This document shows positions 37,995 to 47,440 of a DNA stretch of 64,000 nt, piece after piece. Below the pieces are notes generated by a model. It was not told the DNA's origin. It saw only the letters and a program-made list of their open reading frames with translations, and did not search any database. The stretch covers positions 160,001 through 224,000 of the forward strand of contig CAYZJA010000002.1 in the NCBI GenBank assembly GCA_964479005.1, read 5' to 3'. Source of the stretch: an uncultured Candidatus Saccharibacteria bacterium (GTDB lineage Bacteria; Patescibacteriota; Minisyncoccia; UBA6257). Numbering within the stretch: position 1 is the stretch's first letter; each line of letters begins with the position of its first letter. The translations under genes and the position numbers were made by a program.

Positions 37995-39614
37995 ATGAAA
38001 ATATTAACTGGTAAAAAGTGGCAAAATGGGTTTTTGGATTATTATCGTATAAGGAAAGAATACCGTATCCAGGTTTTAGCTTGGAAAAATTTGGAAAAAA
38101 TAGAAGATGCATATTATATTAGGCCAAAAAGCTTAAAAATGGCTCTGAGATATTTACCAATAGTTGGCCCTTATGGATTATTTACAAAAGCTTGGTCTCG
38201 ATGGCGCGAACAAAGACGTAATGACAAATATGTTTCATGTGGCATAGGAAAAATTACCGAAATAGGGAATAATTCAGAATTTAAAGTTAATGATGTGGTG
38301 GCTTTTATTGCACCACTTCATCCTCCTTTAGTGGAACGCTTGACTCTGCCTAAAGAGTTTATTTTTAATATTGACAAAACAATTTTGCCTCAACTACCGC
38401 CTAAAGAAATTCTACTTTATCCCTTAGGGCAAAAAAATAAATCAAATCAATGGTGGGAAGAAGTTATTAGTTGGAGCATTTATTCGGGAATAGATGTTTC
38501 AGAAGAATTAAGAAAAAAATTAGAGGAAGGTTTGATTAAGGAAATTCAAAATACTAAGTGGAATAATTGCGAAAAGTTTGATATTGAAACTCCAACAAAA
38601 ATAAGAGAAATAAAGGGCGAGGTGAAAAAATTGGATCCCCAGAGAAAGACCGGAGTTCTTTTTGGTTTTGGCAATTATGCCAAAACGAATATTGTTACTT
38701 TCATGAAATCTTTTGTTAATATTACTACTATCCATGAGATTGACCCCACAGAAATTTGGGAAAGAAGCGCCCAAAAATGGGATTCAAGCCCTTTTCCTCG
38801 GAATAATGAAAAATACGATGTTTATTTTATAGCTAGCTATAATCACACCCATACCCCAATAGCGCTTTATGCCTTAAAACAGGGAGCATATGCGGTTGTT
38901 GAAAAACCAGTAGCAATGGATTATAAGGAATTAGAAGAAATTGAAAAAACATTAAGAGAGGTTGGGCCTAAGATTTTTATTGGTTTTCATAAAAGATATT
39001 CAGTTTTTAATGAATGGGCTTTTGAAGATTTAAATGCAAAACATGGTGAGCCAATTTCTTATCATTCTATTGTTTATGAAATAAGCCAGCCTAAATATTT
39101 TTGGTATACATGGCCTGTTTCACGAAGTACTTTTCTTGCCAACGGTTGTCATCAGATTGATCATTTCTTGTGCCTTAATAATTTTAGCAAACCTAAAGAT
39201 TTTGATATTAAATTATTACAAGATAATGCAATTGAAGTATGGATAGAATTAGAAAATGGGGCAGTTTTTACCACAACCTTTAGTGAAAAAGGTAGTACTA
39301 GAGTAGGACCAAGAGATCATGTCGAATTAAAAGTTCCTGGTAGAAATGTAAGAATAACTGATAATATTTTGTATCTTTCAGAAGATGAATCAAGGATTAT
39401 TAGAAAAAAGAGAATGTTTAAGACAAACAGTTATCGAAATATGTATTTGAAAATTGGTGCTAAGATAGCTAATAACGAAGATGGGGATTCAATTGAATCA
39501 ATTTTAGTTTCTACAAAATTAATGTTGGATTTAGAAGAAAGATTACAGAAAATGAAAGGTTGGGGTGATAGATATATAAAGGCTAAAGAAAAATTTTGGG
39601 GATACTTTAAATAA
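37995..39614 (+). CDS. Two-domain protein with a C-terminal Gfo/Idh/MocA-family NAD(P)-oxidoreductase domain.
   Basis: GVLFGFGNYAK..YAVVEKP (EKP motif). The N-terminal ~200 aa has unknown function. Confidence 0.5.
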   Translation: MKILTGKKWQNGFLDYYRIRKEYRIQVLAWKNLEKIEDAYYIRPKSLKMALRYLPIVGPYGLFTKAWSRWREQRRNDKYVSCGIGKITEIGNNSEFKVNDVVAFIAPLHPPLVERLTLPKEFIFNIDKTILPQLPPKEILLYPLGQKNKSNQWWEEVISWSIYSGIDVSEELRKKLEEGLIKEIQNTKWNNCEKFDIETPTKIREIKGEVKKLDPQRKTGVLFGFGNYAKTNIVTFMKSFVNITTIHEIDPTEIWERSAQKWDSSPFPRNNEKYDVYFIASYNHTHTPIALYALKQGAYAVVEKPVAMDYKELEEIEKTLREVGPKIFIGFHKRYSVFNEWAFEDLNAKHGEPISYHSIVYEISQPKYFWYTWPVSRSTFLANGCHQIDHFLCLNNFSKPKDFDIKLLQDNAIEVWIELENGAVFTTTFSEKGSTRVGPRDHVELKVPGRNVRITDNILYLSEDESRIIRKKRMFKTNSYRNMYLKIGAKIANNEDGDSIESILVSTKLMLDLEERLQKMKGWGDRYIKAKEKFWGYFK

Positions 39615-39631
39615 CTGAATTTATCTTCTTT

Positions 39632-40846
39632 ATGAAGAAAAATATATTAATTATTTCAGATTCTTACCCCCCAGAAATTCGTTCAGCAGCACAATTGATG
39701 AAAGATTTGGCCGAAGGTCTACGCGGCAAGGGATATAATATTTGGGTTGCTACTTCTTATCCAAAATACAACTTAGTGGATTCAGGAGATAGTGTTTGGC
39801 CTAAAATTGCAGATGAGGATGGAGTAAAGGTGTTACGTATTAAAACCCTATCCCACCACAAGGTAAATTTTATTATTAGAGGGATAGCTCAGCTTTTGAT
39901 GCCCTATATTTTTTTTCGCGAGATTAAAAAAAATATTAAAGAAAAAATTGATATTACGATTGTGCACAGTCCGCCTCTACCATTAACAATTGTTGCTTCT
40001 AAAATAAAGAGATTTTATAAGGCAAAATATATCCTTAATCTTCATGATATATTCCCGCAAAATGCGATTGATCTGGGAATTTTAAGGAATAAATTTCTTA
40101 TTAAGTTTTTTGAATGGATGGAAAGTAAGGCATATCAAAACCCTGATTTAATTGTTGTCCCTTCAAATGCGCATAAAAGATTTATTGAGGAAAAGAGAAA
40201 TGTTCCAAAACAAAAAGTACACGTTATATATCACTGGATAGATATTGGTCCATTTTTGCAATTAAAAAAAACAGGCAAATTTAGAAAATTATATGATATA
40301 GAAGACAAATTTGTATTTTTATTTGGAGGGGTGATTGGACCGTCTCAAGGACTAGATTTATTAATTAGAATAGCAAATAGAGTAAAAGAAAATAAAGATA
40401 TAGTTTTTCTCTTAGTTGGTGATGGTTCGGCTAAAGATAGCTTAGTTAAGATGGCAGAAAAATTGAAGCTTAAAAATATTATTTTCAAGTCATTTGTTTC
40501 TTCAGAAGAATATCCAGAATTGGTTAAAGATTGTAATATTGGCGTAGCTTGTCTTACAGATAAAAATACAACGCCAGCAGTTCCAGCAAAGATTTTAGGA
40601 TATATGGCGGCTAACATTCCAGTTGTTGGTTTTTTACATAAGGAAAGTGATGGTTTTGAAGTAATTTGGGAAGCCAAATGTGGTTATGCCGTAAATGTTG
40701 GCGATCTTGATAAAGCAGTAGAAATCGTCAGAAAAATTTACAACGAGAAAGATAAATTAAAAGAATTAGGCAATAATGGCTTTCAATATGCCTTAAATAA
40801 TTTTACAATCGATGTTTGTTTAAATAAATTAGAAAAGCTATTTTAG
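39632..40846 (+). CDS. Glycosyltransferase family 4 (GT-B fold).
   Basis: 404 aa with N-terminal MKKNILIISDSYPPE and GT-B C-terminal domain features. Confidence 0.6.
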   Translation: MKKNILIISDSYPPEIRSAAQLMKDLAEGLRGKGYNIWVATSYPKYNLVDSGDSVWPKIADEDGVKVLRIKTLSHHKVNFIIRGIAQLLMPYIFFREIKKNIKEKIDITIVHSPPLPLTIVASKIKRFYKAKYILNLHDIFPQNAIDLGILRNKFLIKFFEWMESKAYQNPDLIVVPSNAHKRFIEEKRNVPKQKVHVIYHWIDIGPFLQLKKTGKFRKLYDIEDKFVFLFGGVIGPSQGLDLLIRIANRVKENKDIVFLLVGDGSAKDSLVKMAEKLKLKNIIFKSFVSSEEYPELVKDCNIGVACLTDKNTTPAVPAKILGYMAANIPVVGFLHKESDGFEVIWEAKCGYAVNVGDLDKAVEIVRKIYNEKDKLKELGNNGFQYALNNFTIDVCLNKLEKLF

Positions 40847-40953
40847 AGTTTTATGATGTTTTTGTACCTAGAAAAGCTGAAATTAAAAGTATTTTTGATA
40901 GAGTAAATGGATTTTTGAGAAAAAATATCAAAAATAATGTATAATATAATTAT

Positions 40954-41505
40954 ATGAAAACTATTTATTATTTATTTCAAAGTTTTCGAATAAGGGATTG
41001 GATTGGAAATCTTTTTGTTTTTATTCCTTTAATTTTTGCTGGATTAATATTTGATTGTGGGTTTTTTCTCAAGGCAGCAGAGGCATTCTTCTTATTTAGT
41101 TTATCTGCTAGCGCAGTTTCTATTTTGAATGATGTTTTGGATATAGAAAAAGATAAAAAACATCCAGAAAAATCTAAAAGGCCTATTGCTTCAGGTAAAT
41201 TAAATTCCGGCATTGCTTTATTTGTTAGCTTGATTTTAATAGTTTTAAGCCTATGGCTTGCCATACAGATTAATTTAAAGTTTACACTTTTATTTTCTTT
41301 ATTTATTATCTTAGATATTGTTTATAGTTTATGGCTAGCAAAAGTGCGTTTTGTTAATTCTATTTTCGTGGCATTAACTTATGCATTGAGAGTTTATGCA
41401 GGTGGGGCCATTATTAATCTATCTTTAAACATTTGGTATTTTATTTTTAGTTTTCTATTTGGTTTATTTCATTTCTTTTATAAAAAGAAAAAAGAGCATC
41501 AATAA
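40954..41505 (+). CDS. UbiA-family prenyltransferase-like membrane protein, apparently C-terminally short (183 aa).
   Basis: First Asp-rich motif NDVLDIEKDKKHPEKSKRPIASG with ~6 TM helices. No second DxxxD motif precedes the stop. Confidence 0.45.
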   Translation: MKTIYYLFQSFRIRDWIGNLFVFIPLIFAGLIFDCGFFLKAAEAFFLFSLSASAVSILNDVLDIEKDKKHPEKSKRPIASGKLNSGIALFVSLILIVLSLWLAIQINLKFTLLFSLFIILDIVYSLWLAKVRFVNSIFVALTYALRVYAGGAIINLSLNIWYFIFSFLFGLFHFFYKKKKEHQ

Positions 41506-41975
41506 TGGATTTTAAAAGTAATTACAAAAACTTTTTTGTAAAATTTTTTGCAACATGTTTTGGTCTAGGTTATAGCCCTATCTTTCCTGGAGCGTTAGGA
41601 GTGGCTTTTGGGGCTCTAATCGCGTATTTAGTTCATCCATTACCTTTCTTTATTAAAATTCTAATAACATTATCTTTAATTGTTTTTGCTGTTCCTTTAA
41701 GCACTAAAGCTGAAAAACTTTTTCAGAAAAAAGACTGTAAAAAGATTATTATTGATGAGGTTGTTGGTGTATTAATAGCTACAATTTGGTTTACAAATCT
41801 ATCTATAATTATGTTTATTCCCATTTTGTTTATTTATGGCTTATTTGATGCCATAAAAATATATCCCGCTAATGTGAGTGAAAATCTTTATGGCGGATGG
41901 GGGATTGTAATTGATGACATTATCGCAGGTCTTTATACAGCATTAACAGTTTTTATGTTATTAAAATTTGTTTAA
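41505..41975 (+). CDS. Phosphatidylglycerophosphatase A (PgpA)-like membrane phosphatase.
   Basis: FGLGYSPIFPGALGVAFGALIAY resembles the PgpA N-terminal signature. Confidence 0.5.
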   Translation: MDFKSNYKNFFVKFFATCFGLGYSPIFPGALGVAFGALIAYLVHPLPFFIKILITLSLIVFAVPLSTKAEKLFQKKDCKKIIIDEVVGVLIATIWFTNLSIIMFIPILFIYGLFDAIKIYPANVSENLYGGWGIVIDDIIAGLYTALTVFMLLKFV

Positions 41976-41978
41976 ATT

Positions 41979-43943
41979 ATGATAACAATTAATTTAGGAA
42001 GAATTAAAAAAGCTTTTTTTCATCCAAAAGCGGCTTTTTTGTATTTTAGAGAATATTTAGAAGGCAAGTTTTTAAGATTTATATCTAAGAGAAAAATTGA
42101 TTTAAGAAAAGAATTATCCAAGAGGGTTTATAAACATTTAAGAAAGCATTTTATTAGAAGAAAAGAACCAAGATTTTTTAATGCAAATTTTTTAGAAGAG
42201 TTAGCTAATCAGAATTTTATTATAGATAATGCTGATAGAATTTGTAATCAGGAATTTACTTTTTTAGGTATAAATCCTAAAATCTTAAAAAACATTAAGT
42301 GGAATCAAGACATTAAATCAGGCCATATTTGGCCTAATTTGTTTTATTTAGATTTAAGAAAAAAATTTATTCATTCTTACAACAGGGGGTGGGAGATAAA
42401 AATGGTATGGGAATTATCCCGTTTCCAATATGTAATTCCTTTGGCTTTAGCTTTTTATAAGACTGGAGATGAAAAATATTTAAGAAAATGGCAGGAATTG
42501 ATTTTAGATTGGATAAAAAAAAACCCTGTTTATTTTGGTCCTAATTGGATTAATGCTATGGAAGTTGCAATAAGAGCTTGTAACTGGATTTTCAGTTGGG
42601 AAATAATAATAGCAAGAAACAAAAAACAAAAAACAAGAAACAAACTGGGGAAGGAATTTATAGAGAAGTTTTTAGGTTCTTTGGTTGAACATGGAAAGTT
42701 TATTTATAGAAATTTGGAATATGCTCCAATTAGGTCAAATCATTATTTGTCTGATATTGTCGGTTTGGTTTATTTAGGAATAATGTTTCCAGAATTTAAA
42801 GAGTCAAAGAAATGGTTGAAGAAAGGTTTGAGGGCTTTAGAAGAAGAAATGAAGTTCCAGGTTTATAATGATGGCGTGGATTATGAACTTTCAATTGCTT
42901 ATCATCGTTATGTAACGGAGCTCTTTTTATGGGCAGGGAGGCTATGTAAGGAGAATCCTTCGGCATGCTCAGGATTTAATTTATCTTTAGAATTTTGGGA
43001 AAAATTAGAAAAAATGATGGAATTTTCCAAGCACTATGCAAAGCCTAATGGCTTGGCGCCGCAAATAGGGGACGCAGATGACGGGAGGTTGCATATTGTT
43101 TGGGAAGATTTTTATAATTGGGAAAAAAGAAATCATTTTGCTTTGTTTGAGCTTTATGAGAGGGTATTTAAATCTAATGAAGCCCTTCGACAAGCTCAGG
43201 GTATAAATAGTAAATCTTTTTCTAAATCAGGATTTTATATTATGAGGGATAAAGATTTTTATTTAATTACAGGCAGAAATAAATGCTGTTATGGAAAAGG
43301 GGGAAGTCATGTACATAATGATATTTTAAGTTTTGAATTATCAATGCTTGGAAATGATTTTATTATTGATCCAGGTACTTATGTTTATACTTCCGATTTT
43401 AAAGCAAGGAATAAATTTCGTAAAACAAGAGCTCATAATACAGTTATGATAGATAATGAGGAACAGAATCCTATATCTGAAGATCCGTTTTATATAGAAC
43501 AAACAGGGGAATTAACAGTAAACCAATGGGAAACAAAAGGAGAAGGGATTATCTTAGAGGCAGAACATAATTGTTATGAAAGATTAAGATGTTCTGTTAT
43601 TCATAATCGTACATTCTCTTTTAATAAAAAAGAGAGGGCTTTGTATATCAAAGATAAATTTAAAGGTAGAGGTGATCATGAATTAGAATGGAATTTTCAT
43701 CTTTCCCCTAAAATCAAGATTTGGGTTAAAGAAAACAAAGCAGAGTGCAAAGAAGCTATTCTTATTGGGAATAACGGTTCTTTAATATTTTCTGTTCCTA
43801 AGATTTTAAATTGTGTTATTATAGAAGATAGAGTTTCTTTGTCTTATGGAAATAGAATTCCAGCAAAAACTATTCGTTTTACAGGATTTCTAAAGCAGGG
43901 CTTTCCAAGAGAATATAAGTTTAGTTTTAGGCCTTTAAAATAA
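41979..43943 (+). CDS. Heparinase II/III-like family protein.
   Basis: Central block NHYLSDIVGLVYLGIMFPEF plus an alpha/alpha-toroid and beta-sandwich domain organisation, 654 aa. Confidence 0.5.
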   Translation: MITINLGRIKKAFFHPKAAFLYFREYLEGKFLRFISKRKIDLRKELSKRVYKHLRKHFIRRKEPRFFNANFLEELANQNFIIDNADRICNQEFTFLGINPKILKNIKWNQDIKSGHIWPNLFYLDLRKKFIHSYNRGWEIKMVWELSRFQYVIPLALAFYKTGDEKYLRKWQELILDWIKKNPVYFGPNWINAMEVAIRACNWIFSWEIIIARNKKQKTRNKLGKEFIEKFLGSLVEHGKFIYRNLEYAPIRSNHYLSDIVGLVYLGIMFPEFKESKKWLKKGLRALEEEMKFQVYNDGVDYELSIAYHRYVTELFLWAGRLCKENPSACSGFNLSLEFWEKLEKMMEFSKHYAKPNGLAPQIGDADDGRLHIVWEDFYNWEKRNHFALFELYERVFKSNEALRQAQGINSKSFSKSGFYIMRDKDFYLITGRNKCCYGKGGSHVHNDILSFELSMLGNDFIIDPGTYVYTSDFKARNKFRKTRAHNTVMIDNEEQNPISEDPFYIEQTGELTVNQWETKGEGIILEAEHNCYERLRCSVIHNRTFSFNKKERALYIKDKFKGRGDHELEWNFHLSPKIKIWVKENKAECKEAILIGNNGSLIFSVPKILNCVIIEDRVSLSYGNRIPAKTIRFTGFLKQGFPREYKFSFRPLK

Positions 43944-43961
43944 TGGAAACAATTTTAGAAA

Positions 43962-45272
43962 ATGTTGCAAAATAAAATAAAATCTACATTTTTAATAATA
44001 GGGGATTTGCTCGTTTTCTATTTATCTCTGTATCTGGCAATATTATTAAGGCATAGTTTGCCCTTTAATAAAGAGATATTTTTCCAGTGTTTTTTGCCTT
44101 TTTCTTTTATTTTCTTAATTTGGATTATTTTATTCTCTATAAGCCATCTTTATGAATTAAGGCACGCAGCTAACAGGAAAAAGTTTTTTGAAATGGTTTT
44201 TAAGCTGTTTAGCTTTGCGGCTATTATTTCCGTTATCTATTTTTATTTATTTGTTCCTTCTTTTGCTCCAAAAAAGGTTTTGTTTTTAACTCTTACTTTT
44301 TCTTTTATCCTTTTTCTAATCTGGAGAATTATTTTCAACCGTATTATAAAAATTCCCAGAATTAATGTTTTAATCATTTCTAAAATAAAAGAAGCCAGTG
44401 AAATAAATATGTTTTTGAAAAAACATCCTCAGATTGGATATGATGTAATTAAGATTTTGCCTCCAGAAGAAATAAACCAAACAGCAAAAGAATTAAAAGA
44501 AAGTGATATTGATTTGTTTGTGCTTGATTCTAATTTATTTGATTCTTTGCTTTCTTATGTCCCTGACGCCAGACTCAAATTAAAAGTCGTTGATATTATT
44601 GATTTTTACGAATCTGTTTTACAAAAAACTCCGGTTGATCTTCTTCCATCATCATGGTTTTTGGAAAATTATTACAGTAAGAATTGGGAGTTATACAAGA
44701 CATTAAAAAGGGTCTCTGATATTTTCGGTGGCATTATATTATTTATTCTTTCTTTACCGCTTTGGCCGATTATTGCGTTGTTAGTTAAATTGAATTCAAA
44801 TGGGCCTGTTTTGCACAAATCTGTACGCATTGGGTCAAAGGACAAAGAGTTTCATATCTATAAATTTAGAACTATGTTTGATAAAGCAGATAAGATTGGG
44901 CCTTCCTGGACATTAGAAAACGATCCTCGTGTAACTCGGATTGGAAAGATTCTTAGATTTTTGCATTTAGACGAGATTCCTCAAGTTTTAAATATTATCA
45001 AAGGCGATGTTTCTTTTGTTGGTCCTAGGCCAGAGGAAAAGAAATTAGTCGGTTTATTCAAGAAGAAGATTCCATTTTACCAGTTTCGTCTGTTAATTAA
45101 ACCAGGAGTGATTGGTTGGGCGCAGATTAATTATCCACACAGCGCTTCAGTAGAGGATGCGCAGGAGAAATTGAAATACGATTTTTATTATTTGAAAAAT
45201 AGGAATATATTTTTTGATGTTATTATTGCTTTAAAGGCATGGCGGATACCTTTTGAGATTCCTACGCATTAA
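43962..45272 (+). CDS. Polyprenyl-phosphate sugar-phosphate transferase (WbaP/CpsE-like priming glycosyltransferase).
   Basis: N-terminal TM helices and a C-terminal bacterial sugar transferase domain (KRVSDIFGG..YKFRTM..GPRP). Confidence 0.75.
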   Translation: MLQNKIKSTFLIIGDLLVFYLSLYLAILLRHSLPFNKEIFFQCFLPFSFIFLIWIILFSISHLYELRHAANRKKFFEMVFKLFSFAAIISVIYFYLFVPSFAPKKVLFLTLTFSFILFLIWRIIFNRIIKIPRINVLIISKIKEASEINMFLKKHPQIGYDVIKILPPEEINQTAKELKESDIDLFVLDSNLFDSLLSYVPDARLKLKVVDIIDFYESVLQKTPVDLLPSSWFLENYYSKNWELYKTLKRVSDIFGGIILFILSLPLWPIIALLVKLNSNGPVLHKSVRIGSKDKEFHIYKFRTMFDKADKIGPSWTLENDPRVTRIGKILRFLHLDEIPQVLNIIKGDVSFVGPRPEEKKLVGLFKKKIPFYQFRLLIKPGVIGWAQINYPHSASVEDAQEKLKYDFYYLKNRNIFFDVIIALKAWRIPFEIPTH

Positions 45273-45377
45273 GGCTTGATTTTTGAGGGAAAATGGAGTA
45301 TAATAAGAATCAAGTGGGTGTTTGTTGTTTTAATAAAAAACTTTGTTTTTCATCAAAACAACCCAACTATTTGTTGC

Positions 45378-45412
45378 ATTTCCGCTCTGTTTACAGAGCG
45401 GAAATTTTTTAT
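45378..45412 (+). terminator. Rho-independent terminator downstream of the priming transferase.
   Basis: tttccgctctg ttta cagagcggaaa followed by tttttt. Confidence 0.65.
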
Positions 45413-45528
45413 TCTGTTATTGGGTTGACTTTTGATTTAATATGTTTACACTTTATTTGGGGTCTGGAGGCTGAGCACTCACTTATAACAAATAGTATAG
45501 GAGTATACCCTTCCAGGCCCCACTTCTT

Positions 45529-46467
45529 ATGAAAACTCCCCGTTGGATAAAAGAAAATATTTCTTTAAAAGAATACAACACTTTTCGTATTAACGGAAAG
45601 ACGAAATATTTTACAAAAATATCTTCAAAAGATAAATTGATAAGAACTTTACATTGGGCAAAAGAGAATTCTTTGCCTGTTTTTATTTTGGGAAATGGTT
45701 CAAACATTTTATTTTCTGATAAAGAATATCAGGGAATAATAATTAAGATAGAAAATAATAAAATAAAAAAGATAAATAAAAAAACAATTGTTGTCGGAGC
45801 CGGAATGATGTTGATGGAATTATTGCAAAAATTTTTAAATAAAGGGTTTGAAGGTTTAGAATGGGCTAATGGAATTCCAGCAACAGTTGGCGGAGCAGTT
45901 TTTTGTAATGCTGGCGGCTTTGGATATGATTTTGGAAAATTTGTAAAAAAAGTTAGAACTATAGATTTAAAAACATGTAAAGAAAGAATATATTCACAAA
46001 AGGATTGTAAATTTCAATACAGGGGAAGTATCTTTAAGAAGAATCAAGAAATCATCTGGGAAGTTGAAATCTTTATTAAGAAAGGGGATAAAGCAAAAAC
46101 AGGCAATATATTAAGGGAAAAAACAAAGAATTATTGGCAGTATAAGCTTAAGATAGGCTTATTTAGATATCCTTCAGCCGGGAGTATTTTTAAAAATATT
46201 TTTGCCAAAGATGTTCCTTCAAAATATAGAAAAGGGGCGACTATAAAAAAAGGAAAGATTTCTACTGGTTGGTTTATTCAAAAATGCAATCTAAAAGGGA
46301 AAAAATATGGCGGAGCAATGATTTCTGATTTCCATGCTAATGTAATTATTAATATTAAAAACGCAAAAGCAAAAGATGTGTTACATTTGATCAATCTTTG
46401 CAAGAAAAAAGTTTATAAAAAATTTAAGATTGAATTAAAAGAAGAAATTATTGTTATTGACTATTGA
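45529..46467 (+). CDS. murB: UDP-N-acetylenolpyruvoylglucosamine reductase.
   Basis: FAD-binding blocks FILGNGSNILF and GGAVFCNAGGFG, plus the MurB C-terminal domain. Confidence 0.8.
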   Translation: MKTPRWIKENISLKEYNTFRINGKTKYFTKISSKDKLIRTLHWAKENSLPVFILGNGSNILFSDKEYQGIIIKIENNKIKKINKKTIVVGAGMMLMELLQKFLNKGFEGLEWANGIPATVGGAVFCNAGGFGYDFGKFVKKVRTIDLKTCKERIYSQKDCKFQYRGSIFKKNQEIIWEVEIFIKKGDKAKTGNILREKTKNYWQYKLKIGLFRYPSAGSIFKNIFAKDVPSKYRKGATIKKGKISTGWFIQKCNLKGKKYGGAMISDFHANVIINIKNAKAKDVLHLINLCKKKVYKKFKIELKEEIIVIDY

Positions 46468-46683
46468 CATATTCTTTTTTAGAGTTAAAATTATAACAGT
46501 GGACAACTAACAACTAACAAATAACAATAAATAATAATTATAAATCTTTTTATTAATCGTTTTTTTGTTAATTGTTGATTGATTTGGAAATTAAATAATA
46601 AAAACAAGCAGTGTCCATTTATGGATAACCTGTTATTACTTCTTAAGGTTGGTCGTCTGCTTGATTTAAAAAAATAAAAAAAC

Positions 46684-46914
46684 ATGGCCAAAAGAAAAGT
46701 TAAAAAAACCAGGAAAGTTAAAAAAGTTGTAAGAAGAAAAGTTAGAAAGGTTGTTAAGAGAAAAGTTGTAAAGAGAAAAGTTAGAAAGGTTGCAAAGAGA
46801 AGAGTTAAGAAAGTTGCTAAAAAGAGAGTAAAAAAGGTTAAAAAACCCGCTAGAAGAAAGAGAAAAGCCACGAAGAAGGTTAAAAGAACGAAAAGAGCTA
46901 AAAGGAGAAGATAG
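46684..46914 (+). CDS. Highly basic tandem-repeat K/R-rich small protein (76 aa, histone H1/Hc1-like composition).
   Basis: ~65% Lys/Arg, built from repeats of (R/K)KV(R/V)KV(A/V)K encoded by ~24-nt tandem DNA repeats. A strong GC-rich hairpin follows directly. Confidence 0.5.
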   Translation: MAKRKVKKTRKVKKVVRRKVRKVVKRKVVKRKVRKVAKRRVKKVAKKRVKKVKKPARRKRKATKKVKRTKRAKRRR

Positions 46915-46918
46915 TTTT

Positions 46919-46992
46919 CACCCCCACACCATAACGAGCACTAAGCACTTTGCGCTAAATACGAAGTATGTGCTCATTTGGTGTGGGGGTTT
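46919..46992 (+). terminator. Long GC-rich hairpin (12-bp outer stem with an inner stem), putative terminator.
   Basis: acccccacacca ... tggtgtgggggt with an inner gagcac/gtgctc stem, followed by ttt. Confidence 0.5.
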
Positions 46993-47044
46993 GCTTTATA
47001 ACCTCTTTTTAGGTAAGATTTAGGTGGATATTTATTAAATATTT

Positions 47045-47401
47045 ATGAATATTAAAATCGTACCAAAAGATGTTGAATTATTAAACCAACAAAGGGGGAA
47101 TATAGAACAAAAATTAAAAGATTTAGAAAAAATAGGCCAACGTTATGGAGAAAGGTCTTTATTAACAATCACAATAGGTAAAATTATTTCTAACCAAGAA
47201 ACAGGTGAGATTTTCTTTGCTGAGGCTAATTTTGCCATTCCAGGAAAAGATATAATATGTAAAGTGCAGGGAAGTAATATTGAAGAAACCATAGATAGAT
47301 TAAAAGATAAATTAAAAAGTTTAATGATTAAAAGTAAAGAATTAAGAAAAGGTCGTTTCAGAAGATTAGCGCGCGCCTTGAAAGACAAATTGCATTTTTA
47401 A
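47045..47401 (+). CDS. hpf: Ribosome hibernation promoting factor / RaiA family.
   Basis: 118 aa. Its length, basic C-terminus and short-HPF-like sequence pattern fit the family. Confidence 0.6.
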   Translation: MNIKIVPKDVELLNQQRGNIEQKLKDLEKIGQRYGERSLLTITIGKIISNQETGEIFFAEANFAIPGKDIICKVQGSNIEETIDRLKDKLKSLMIKSKELRKGRFRRLARALKDKLHF

Positions 47402-47440
47402 TTTTATAATTGAAATACACTTATTTCAATTTCAACATAT

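Noticed and set aside
45293-45532. 79-aa ORF between the priming transferase and murB.
   Set aside because: It contains the intrinsic terminator (45378-45412) in its middle and has no conserved features. It is likely non-coding.
46491-46871. 126-aa minus-strand ORF (poly-Phe/Leu/Thr) antisense to the K/R-rich gene.
   Set aside because: It is the mirror frame of the lysine-codon tandem repeat (AAR/AGA → TTY/TCT). It is low complexity with no terminator in its orientation, so it is treated as an artefact.
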